A DNA stretch of 57,601 bases from an uncultured virus (IMG/VR IMGVR_UViG_3300029953_000007) (taxonomy: Duplodnaviria; Heunggongvirae; Uroviricota; Caudoviricetes). Below are positions 20,601-31,700 of this stretch, one piece after another. The notes under the pieces were generated by a model. It had not been told where the DNA came from. It did no database searches and saw only the letters and a list, made by a program, of their open reading frames with translations. The stretch is taken from IMG/VR virus record IMGVR_UViG_3300029953_000007; one strand, given 5' to 3'. The first letter of the stretch is position 1, and each line of letters begins with the position of its first letter. The translations under genes were made by a program, and so were the position numbers.

Positions 20601-22785
20601 TTGCATTATTTTCTGCTGTAACTATTAATTTACCTATATCTGTAGCATTGATATTATTAAGTTCAAATTTATAGTTTGAAGGATCACTAAATGGGAACTT
20701 AGCACCTTCCTTTTTTATAGCATCATTAATTGGTTTATAGTTTGTCTCTATGTCACCACCTTTTTTACGTTGTTTTTCTTGTTCAGTACGAAGAAAGGTT
20801 TGAAATTCAGGATCATTTAATTTAGATTTAGCTTGTACTATATCTAAAGCATCTTTAATATAAGTTAGAAAAGGAGATGCTACAGGTTCATCATTTCTAC
20901 TAAGAGATTGAACTTCCTGCCAAAATTCAGCATGACGTTTGTCATTCTTATAATCAAAACCAAATAAGTCTTGAGATAGTTGTTGAATAGTATCAATATC
21001 TACTATTTGATTATTAGTATTCTTTAATACGTAATCTATACCATTTTGTCCTGTGTAGTTAACTGTAGATGGTTTACCCTTTTCATTTATAAAAGATATA
21101 TTCCACTTCTTTAAGAAGTTTTGTAAATCTTCATTGCTCATATTAATATGATCATTAATGAAACGAGTACTAGTAAAACCTACACTGCTTTTATTATTTG
21201 CCTCAGCTGTTTTTAATCTTATATCACCATTAGGAGCTTCAACTGCTTCAGCTATTCTATTTGGAGACATTTCACTTATAGGTTTAGTTATAAGTTGCAT
21301 TAGAGTTTGATCTCTATTGTCTTTTATAGTCTCGTAAAATGAAGCGACAGTGGTATTATCATTCTTAGCTGGAGTATTAAGTACATCTCCTTCACGTTCA
21401 AAAAACTTTTTATATAATGTATATAATGTATTTTTTTCAGTATAACCTATACCTTGTGCTCCAATCCTATCCATTATTAACTGTCTAAGTGAATTAGTTA
21501 CATCATTTCTATCAATTTGATTGAAATAAGGAGCCATGATAGAAGTTACAAGTGTAGGGTAAAGATATTTACCAGTTTCATCACCTGTGTTATAATTTAA
21601 GATAGCTGTGTTATTAATTACAGTTTTATAAAAAGGTGAAGATAGCTCTACTCCATTCTGAATCTTTTCATCCCACGAGACATTAAACGCATCAACAGAT
21701 AATGCGTCTTTAGTTTCATACTTACGTAAGATAGGATCAAAGTCAGGATTAAATTTATTAACTGAAATAGTACCTTCTCCATAATAATTAAAGAGTTTAT
21801 TAAAATCACTAAGTATTACATAATCACTAAAGTTATCAATAATTTCTTTAAGATTTGAATCTAATGTATCTTTAAATTTCTCTGTTATTTCAGATAGTAG
21901 GTTAGGTTCAGTGAGTGATCGTTGTTCTCCATTATATTTTATAATAGTGGCTCTATTAGCTATATCTTTAAGAGTTTTATCAAAGTTAGCTTTCTTAAGA
22001 AGATCATCACGATAAATAAGAGGGACTGTTTCACCTTTAACAGTTTCCTCAATACCAAGTCTACCTATAAGGTCTTTAAATAAACTAATACGATAGTTTT
22101 TTATATTTGTATCTACATCATTTGTATATCCTTCTTTAGCTGGACCTTGTAGTTGATTTACTAATACTCTATTATTAACATCTATAAAGGCTGTTTCAAT
22201 TAATCCTTTAGTAATAAACTTAGAAACTGTTATCTTCTCCATACTTGAAGAACCCTTAAACCTATCTAAACGATAAGCTTTTAAGTTTTGATAATTATTC
22301 TCATGTATATATTCACTAAGACTTGTGTCAGTAGCTATATCTAAAGGAGTTGCATCATTAAGTTTAGAAGCTTCTACTACTTTTTGAGTAGTAGAAGCAA
22401 CATCACCTTGTTCTTTTTTATCTATATCTGCTAAAAGTAAACTTACTATATCAAATTTAGGAAGTATAGGTCTAACAGTAAGGTTAAATTTACGCATATT
22501 ACCTTTTAATTGTGCAATTGCTAGATTTATCGCTTCACTGTTTAACTCATTATTTATAGTTTCTTTTATGTCACTATAATCATAATCTTTGTTAAGTTTA
22601 CCTTCTATAATTGCAGGTAATATATCTTCATTAAGTTCTTTAACTAAAGAGTCTATAGTCGGTAATTGATCTAGATTACCTCTATAATAATTTCTTAAAT
22701 TACTCGCAAAGTCACTACCACGTAGTAAATCATTAAGTACTCCTTGGTTTGTTTCTTCGTTTAAATTAGTTAGACATCTAGCCAT
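11677..22785 (-). CDS. Virion-packaged crAss-like single-chain DNA-dependent RNA polymerase, join(complement(15121..22785),complement(11677..14802)), 3596 aa after splicing
   Basis: Exon 1 ends RVPGQHFQSF..LSGAD. Exon 2 begins FDIDKQNVIY and, by manual translation, is open through NNMVGKTGIS into the 855-aa ORF. Splicing restores GADFDIDK (DxDxD Mg-binding motif of two-barrel RNAPs; DFDID in crAss-like phages). Confidence 0.93.
14803..15120 (-). mobile_element. Group I self-splicing intron (318 nt, IA-like, no ORF) in the RNAP catalytic motif
   Basis: P1: exon AGCGGAU pairs with IGS GUCCGCU with U.G at the splice site. P10: GUCAAA pairs with 3' exon UUUGAC. P=AUAUGCUGGAAA, Q=AAUCAGCAGG, R=CUCAGAGACUA, S=AUGAUAUAGUCC. 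P3 CCUUGU/GCAAGG, P7 GACUA/UAGUC, P8 and P9 hairpins, terminal G at 14803. Confidence 0.96.
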
Positions 22786-25700
22786 TTAACAATTATTTGA
22801 TGATTTTTCCACTCTATATTTAGTTAATTTATTAAAAGCAACTCTATATTGCTCATATAAATCAGGATCTTGTTCTATCTTATCTTGAAATTCATCAGAT
22901 AGCTGTTTATCAGTAAATTTAGTAAAATCTTTCTTTAAATCTAACTGCTCTAATGAAAATTCACGACCAGTTACTATTTTATTAGCTATAGCTAATCTAT
23001 GACGCAATTGATAGTTCTTAATCCAATCTCTAAGTGTTGTCTGTTGTTCCTTAGGGATATTGTTAAATAGTTTTCCAGCTTCTAATTTGAACTCTTCTAT
23101 AGCTTTATTATCAGCACTATTAACATCTTTCTTTAACAAATTAAGTTTATCAACTTTAGATTCTTCTTTAACTTCAGCTTCTATAGGATCTGGTTCTTCT
23201 GTATCAAGACCTAAAGCACTATCACGATTATTATCCATAACTGTCTTAGCCATATCACTTACCTTTGTATACCAATTTTTACCGTCTTTTACAAAATTAT
23301 CTACATAAGAGTCCATTAAATTAGAGTAATAGTCTTTATCAGTAGTTTTAGTATCAGGTAATAAAACTTGTGTTTGTTCAGGAGTTAATAAATTGTATAA
23401 CCTATGACCTAATTCGTCTTTCATACTATCTATTGTAAGTAACTTGGAAGGATTCACCTGTTCAGATGTGTCTTTAACTACTTTACTTAAAATATCTGTA
23501 GTTGCCTGATTAATTTCTGCTGAAGTTTTTAAATCAGGAAAGAATCTTTGTAGTTTCTCTTGCCATGTTTCAGTATCTAAACGTTGAGGATCAATATTAC
23601 CAGTTTTAGCATCATAAGTTACTTTAAATTCACTATCACCAACTTTAGCTTTAAATACAGCTTTATTTTTATTAAAACTTACATTTTCAAGTGTAATTTG
23701 ATCGTGAGTTAACTTACTAAATTCATCTTGTTGTTCTATTAAACCTCTCTTTACTTCACTTTCAACTGTATCGATAGCTACTATGCCATTAGGTGATACT
23801 TGATAAGTTGTTTTTGTACCTGGAGATAATATTTCATTAGATGGTACAACTCTTTCTATTTCATTTAAACTATCAATTTTATCATTTATGCCTTGTAAGA
23901 AGTTATATTGATCATTAGTATTAGTTAATTTTCTTAAATCATTGTTAAAATCACCAAATTTACTTGTTAACCATTTATCTCCTAATTCATCAAATAATTG
24001 TAACCTTTGATTTGTATTAATATGTAGTGCACTAACTTCAGATTCTGTAATAGGTAAATTCTCAGAGTCATGTAGAGATAGGAGTTTAGCAAAATCTATA
24101 TTATAAGCTGCTTGTTGAATACCCCTAAATGGAACTATAAACTCATGTCCTGTAGACTTAACATCTGCTAACATATTAGATATTTGATAACCTTTAAGTG
24201 CTGCACGTGATGCTATAACAAGATTTTCTAACTGTCCATCCTTAAGAACCTTATCTAAACGATAGTTATCAAATCTTGTCTCTCCTTGTGGAAATTTTGT
24301 AAATTCTATTAGAGCTTTATCAATCGCTGCTGCAAAGTTAAGGTTTTTTGTCTTATTAAACAAATTTAATAAATTTAAATCTAGTATAGACTGGTTAAAA
24401 TCTACACGTTTATCTGGAGTTAAGGTTATTTGTAAATCACTAGCTTGTACTGGATTACTATTCTTCTTATCAGGTACGTGAGCACTATTTATTTTATTAA
24501 TATCAGTATCAAACTTACGTCTAAATATAGTATGAGGATCGTTAAGATCAAGAAGATCATTTAAATACTCTGAGAACTCATCTACACCTCTTTTAAAAGG
24601 TTTAAGAGGATCGAGCATTAAAGTTTTAAAGGAATCATTATCTTGAAAAGCATCTCCAGTTTCACCATAAGTATTTAAAACATGAGTTCTTAGTTCTTCA
24701 ATTTTTGTGTCTAAAGTCTTATTAACTTCATCTAAAACTTCCTCTTTAAACCATTGTTTATTATCAGGTGTTGATTCTATAAATTGCTTAATAGTTAAGA
24801 GAGATTTAGCCAATCTATCTTTAACGTAAGGGCTCATGTCAAATTTCTCAAATAAATCAAACACATTACCACCTGATTCTTGATCATGAATAGCCGCAAG
24901 AAACTTTTGTCTAAACCCTAAGAAAGAGTCACGTGGTGTATCAAGACGTATCATTTGTACCATATTTGGTTTATATGGAAGTGTAAACTGTCCATCTACT
25001 TGTATTCTATCAGGTTTACTTTTTATATAGGCTTCTTTACCATCTTTATCAAGTGATAAGAAGTCTTTAGTACCAAAAAGTTTAAGTTGTTTTAAATAGA
25101 TATTTAAAAGATCATCATTCTTAACCTTTTGAAGTTCTTTATATTCTGACATGAATACTACACTCTTACCACGAAAGTCTTGTATAGGATCACCAGCATC
25201 ATCAACTATTAGTTTACCATTCTCGTCTTTAAATAAAGAAACTATAACTTGTGGTTCACTTATGTGATAATCTGGGTATTTAGCTTTTAAATCTTTTAGA
25301 GTTGGATATACAGGAGGTGTTTTGGGATCATTAACATTATAACGGCCATCCCAAGTTTCAGATATACTACGCCATTCTCTAGCAGATAGATCACGTGATC
25401 TCCACTTCCCCTCTTCCCATACACCTTGTTTGCTACTATTTCTATCACCACTTATTAACCAAGTACGAACGTGTTTTATAAATGTGTTAACATCTGTGTC
25501 ATCTTTAGTAAGTGGTACTTTAGATTCATTATTTTGAGCTGCTTTAAACTTATTTTCAAGATTTGTAAAACTATTAAGTAAACCTAGAGTTATGTCAAGT
25601 GGTTGTTCACCAGTTTTAGATGGTAGTTTAACACGTAAAGAAAATAAGAATTGATCTGGCTTAGGATCTTGCCAATAGTCTTCACTTCTACCATACTGAA

Positions 25701-28700
25701 CATTAGTACCTTCCTTTTTAGCAGCTTCTATATAAAATATAGGACTATTATAGTCATATTGCTTTAAATACTGTTCAAAATTAGCTTTAAGCGCAACGTT
25801 ATTCTCACTTATTATAGGGCCTTTAACTATATAATATTTAAGTGACTGTATTATATTTTCTATATGACTCTTTTTCATATCTTCTGTTTTTAAAGTATCT
25901 ATATCGTCGGCAACACTTGGTATACTACTTATAAGGTCAAAGTCTGCTTTAGTAGAATATGTAGTATAAGCCACTATATCCTTAACTTTCGCTTTATTAA
26001 TTTTGTTCTCTAAATCTATACCAGTATTTATTTTAGCAGCAGGACTTTTAGGATTAAGAGGGTCTTGAGTTAGTTCTATAGGAAAAGAATTACTATAAAG
26101 ATCAGCTATAGGTTTAGGAGGTGGAACAGCACTTGTATCAATTTTAGAACCAGGTTTAGCTCCTTGTGGAACATAATCTTCACCAAGAATAGCTGCAAGA
26201 ACTATTTGTTTATTCTTCTTAACTTGTGCTATAACTTGATCAGTTATTTTCTTTTGATTAGTAGCTTTTCCTTTAGCTACATTATCTAAACCTATATAGT
26301 TAGTTATAGAAGGATCTTCAATAAGTAGTGTAGCTTCTGTAGCACGTGATAACATTGTATTTAAAAATTCATGTACACGAACTAAACTATAATCATAATC
26401 GTTACTTTTAGGATCATTTGGTGTAAGTCTAGGCTTAGCGTCTATAATAGTATACTTATATTCTCCACCTTGAACTTCTTCTGGCTTATAAATCTCAATA
26501 TCAGCAAGACCTTCCCAATTAGCACCTAATGCTTCACGTAATAAAGCTTGAGCTCTAGGTATATCTATATCTGAATTTATAATATAGACAATATCTTTTC
26601 CTTTAACTGGTATATCATTACCATCTTTATCCTTAAATGTTTTGCTTTTATTATCAGTTATAAAGCTAAGATCAGATGCTTTAAGATTACCATCAACTTT
26701 AATACTTTTCATACCAATATTTCCGTCAACACCTTGATAATTAAATAACTGAAGATGTTGGTCACGATATTTTTGTATTATTTCAGATGTTGTAAGAGCA
26801 GCTGGGTCAACTCCTGATATTTCTTTAACCTCCATAGTCCTACGTTGTAAATCAACAAGTGTGTTATTGATTAAATCCCATCCTGAACGTAATGAAGTTA
26901 AAAGAGGTTGTGATATTATAGTTGTAGCTACATTAGTGTAATCACGTCTAGTGCCATCATCCTTTAAAAAACCCATTTGATTTGCATCACCAAGTACTAC
27001 TATAGAACTACGTTTAGAAGGGTCTTGTAAAACTATATCAGTCTTATTGTAATCATTAATTAAGTTAGTAATTAAACATAAATCAATAGGATTTAAGTGT
27101 GTAAACTCATCAGTTGCAAACAATCTTGTTTTTGAAAATAAATTTGCTATTTCAGGTTTTAACTTTTTATTATCATAAAGGTCAAGTTTATCAAATACTT
27201 GTGTATCAAACTTAGTATAGAAATCAATCTTTGCATTACCAGTTTCTTTTTTATCTATATCTACACCATTAAGTATTTCATCATTCTTAGTAACATCATA
27301 CTTACTACCATCCTTATATTTAAGGTTAAGATTGTTAATAAATTCTCTAACTGTGCTACTACGATCATCTAAACGTTTTTCATAACCACCATTAATAAGT
27401 GTGCCTCTTAATGTATTAAATTGTCTATTCTTTGGTGTTAAGAGCATAACATTACTATCTTCATCAGGTATCATATTCATAATACTATATAGAACTGCTG
27501 TAGTCTTACCTGTACCAGATGAACCTAAGATTGCTACTAGATTACTACTATCAAAAGAAGTATTACCATCCTTTGGACTACTAAAATCACTAACTATATC
27601 AGTACTTCCATCATAACTATAAGCATTTAAGAACATTCTAATAATAGTTGGATCACCATTAATAACTAAATTAGCAACACGTACCGCACTTTCTTGTTTA
27701 GCAAATGGTATATAAGGGGTTTTATTTAAATTTGTAAAAGCCTCTGCATCACTATCATATTTACCTGCATAATTAGCATAAAAGTTAATAGTTGATGAAC
27801 CAAAAATAGTAGCAAGATATATAGTTCTATGACTATCATTTAGTGGTTCATCACCACTTATATTATCATAGAAATCTTTTGCAGATGAATTTATTGGTCT
27901 AAAACTCTTATTTACTAATACTTTCTTATCATCATCAGTTAGGTTTTGAACATCTTGATAGATATTCTCTTCAATTTTAGCGAATTTAGAAAGAGCTGTT
28001 AACTTAGAATCATCAGAAGCACTTTTATAGGAACTAACAAAGTTATTAATATCCTGATCTGCCTGTAAAGCGCCTAATGATGGAATTAATTTTAAAATAT
28101 CAGGATCTTGAGCTAAATCATTTAATGATTGTACTTTAGCTGATAATTCAAAACCATCTTCACGTAAAAGTCTAGCAATCGTATTATTTTTATTAAACTC
28201 ATTAAGATCTTTAAGATAATTAACTTGACGATAAACTCTATTTAACTCATTACCTAATGTACCAAGGTCATCATTATCAAGAATTGTAAGAACTTTATCT
28301 CTTAGATCATCAGATAATAAACCTCTATGGTTAGCACGAAAATCATTTATAATAGGATTTGATGTATTAGCTGCATTAAGTAAAGCACCAATTCTTTTAA
28401 TAGCGTTAATTTGAGTATCTAACAATTCAGTAAAGCTATCATCCGCATTAAGATAATTAGATGTACCAACAGTATCAAGATTTTCTATTTCTGAATTTAA
28501 AGTTTTATAAACATCACGCAATATAGATTTAGAAGATTCAGGATGATCATTGTCTCCACGTAATGGTGAAGGTATACGAGTTTGATTAAAATTTCTTACT
28601 GTATCAATAGCACTACGTAGATTTGTATCATCTATACTATTAATTGTATGTAGATTGAGGTCTGAATTTCCTAGATTATATTTTCCTTCAGTTAGAAGAC

Positions 28701-31700
28701 GAGTATAAATATTATTAGTATTAAAGGTAGTAAAGAGATTATCTCTCTCACCTTCTGTTAAATCACGACCAATAGTTTTCTGTAAATGATTTATATTAAT
28801 AAACCGTTGTAAGCCTTCAGTTGAAAGGTAACGCTCCCACATCTCATAAGGTAAACCTTTTTGAATAGAAGTGTTAATATAATCTATTAAACCATCAATT
28901 CTACTAAATTCAGAGATAATGGGGTTATTCTTGTCAATATTACCATCTGCATACTGTTCAAAGGTATTTATAACTGGCCCATTATCAAACTCACCAGTAG
29001 GTTTAGGTTCATCAAGCTTATCAAGTTGATAAGCTATTTGACGTTGTTCATTAAGTTTAGTAGGATCAATATTCTGTGCATGAAATGCTAAGTCTTTAAG
29101 TACTTTAAGAGTACTGTAGTTAGATTCTGGTGACTTATTAGTTTGTAAATCTTTAAATTCAGGTGTTTCAGTAAACTCTTTAAAGTTTTTATCACCTACT
29201 AATTTATTAACATACTCTTTAATTAATTCGTTAGATAAATCTTTATTAAGTGCTCCATTAACAGTAATTCTAAACTGATTAAGTTTATTAAAACGTTCTA
29301 ATAGTTGTGGTTCTGTTAAACCTTCAGGTATTCCAGGGCCATTAGCAAGTTCACCAAGTTTTCCATTAGCTTCATGAGATGCAGTTAAACTAATTGCTTT
29401 TTTAACATGATCGTAAATATAGTCAGGAACATATTTGACACCTGCTAACTTACTCATATAATCTTGAGTTAGAGCATGAGTTTCACTATCTTCTAAAAAT
29501 CCTTGTTCATTTGTTAAAAGAGATTCAATGTGTTGTTTACCTTGTTCTTCTGTTCCTACTTTTGCTAAACCTATTGTAGGTTCTTGATTAAAGTAAGGAA
29601 GTGGCATTTTCATTACATACTTCTTAAGATGTTCTACAGACTCACGAAAGGTTTGTATCTCACGATAATAACCTTTAGATTCCATTTTCTCATCAAAGTG
29701 TTTGTATTCTTGATAAGCTTTCTGTAAAGATGGCATTAAACCTGTATCAGGATCAAGCACATACTTTTTATACATATCATCAACTTTAGTTTGTTGAACT
29801 GAATTTAACTGCTTATAAGGTCTACCTGCCTCTCTTTGTGCTATTGTCTCTCTATTATCAACTCCAAATGGTTCATTAATGTCCATACGAATATTAAATA
29901 AACCTTGAGTAAAGAACTCATCGATCGAATCGTTACCTTGTAAATGTTTAAGTTGCTTTAGTGCTAAAGATAGTTCTGCCTTTTTATTTATAAGAGATTC
30001 ATCATCACCGTTTTTATCTAATTTATCATAACTTCTTATATCTGTACCTAACTTAAAGACATTCTTCATAGCGTGATTAAGTTGAAGATATAAGTCAGTA
30101 TCGGTTTTAGTATCGATTATACCATTATAAAAATCATTCTTAGCAGCAGCAGTCTTATCAGGATCTTGCATATTATAAGCAGATTTTAGACTCTCTAACA
30201 TTTTAATACCAGCTAGAACTTTCTCACCTATTGCTTGATTTTGTGATAATGGGTTTTCTTTACTAACTGGTTTAAATACACCAGGAATTACATCACCATT
30301 TTCATCTGTCATAGGTGTCATCGATAGTTTAGTACTACCAAACTGACCTTTCTTTAACATATCTGCATGAGCAGCATATAACTCTTGTATATGACCAGCA
30401 TTAACATAATCAATAACTTTATTAGCACTATATGTAGGTGCAGGATGAGAACCAGTAGCTATACCTGCTAAGTGAAACATAGCACCACCAATAGCTCCAC
30501 TAAATCCTTCACTTATAAGATCTTTAGCAAAAGAGATTGGATTAATGTCAAATTGTTTATTCTCTTGACTTGAAGTTAAACCAGCAGATGATAATCCATT
30601 ATATACAACTTGCAAACCGTCAGAAATTGCTTTCTGACTAGTCATGTCTACAGCATTTGCTATTATTGCACCTTTAAATTCATTAGTATTTAGGCCTTTT
30701 AAGTACTTAACGACCTTATCTCCTAACTGTTTACCAACAGCAAGATTAAACATTGCTTTCTCTTTAATTGTAGATTGACCAAGTACTTTACTAGTTTTAG
30801 TAGTTATATCATCGAGAGCAGGGGCTTGAGTTTGAAGTGCATTATCAGCTACTTTAGCAGCATCATCAGGAGACAATGAAGACCATCCTTCATTAATAGT
30901 ATCACGTGCATTTTCAAGTGCAGGTTTAGCAGCTTCATTAGCTTCTTCTATACTACCACCCATTGCTTTATTTACCCAACGACCAAAACCACTACTAAAG
31001 AATGGAATAAGAGCAGCTGTATAACCTAAATATAAGAAACCTTTGTCACGTTCATCAATACCTCTTTGATCAGCTAAATTACTTATAGAAGCGGCAGTTG
31101 AAGCAGCCATATAAGCAGTAGAGAAGTGTTGAGCGTAAGTGGAATACTTAACGAATAAGTTTTGATTTTGCTGTAAAGCCTGTATAGACTTCATTACACC
31201 CTCTGGGTTACCACCATATTTAGCTACATAAGCAGATAAATCAACATCAGAGCCAAGACCAAGTGCATTTGTAGCAGCATCACCTACACTAAGCATACCA
31301 TCCGTAGCTACACCTAATTCTTTAGCCATTTTCCATTTAGTAAATTCTTGTGGCCATTTAACTAAGTTATTCTGTGACTTTAAAATATAAAGAGCATCAA
31401 CAGCTTGATTTAGTAAGTTTTCAGGTGAGTACCAAGTATCTTTACCATATTGAGACACACCACCTTTTAATTGACCAGTATAACCTTGTAATGTATTAGC
31501 CCACTTATACAAACTATCTTGTTTCGCTGAATCACCATTAATAATACCGTCAACTGCCTTTGCTATTGAAGCTCCACTATCGACTAAACCTTGTGCAATA
31601 ACATAAGCAGAGTAAGCCTCACCCACACCAGGAATTAACATTGGTAGATATTGAACTGCTGCTTTTATAATAGAACTAACTGCACCTTTTTGTATCTGAT

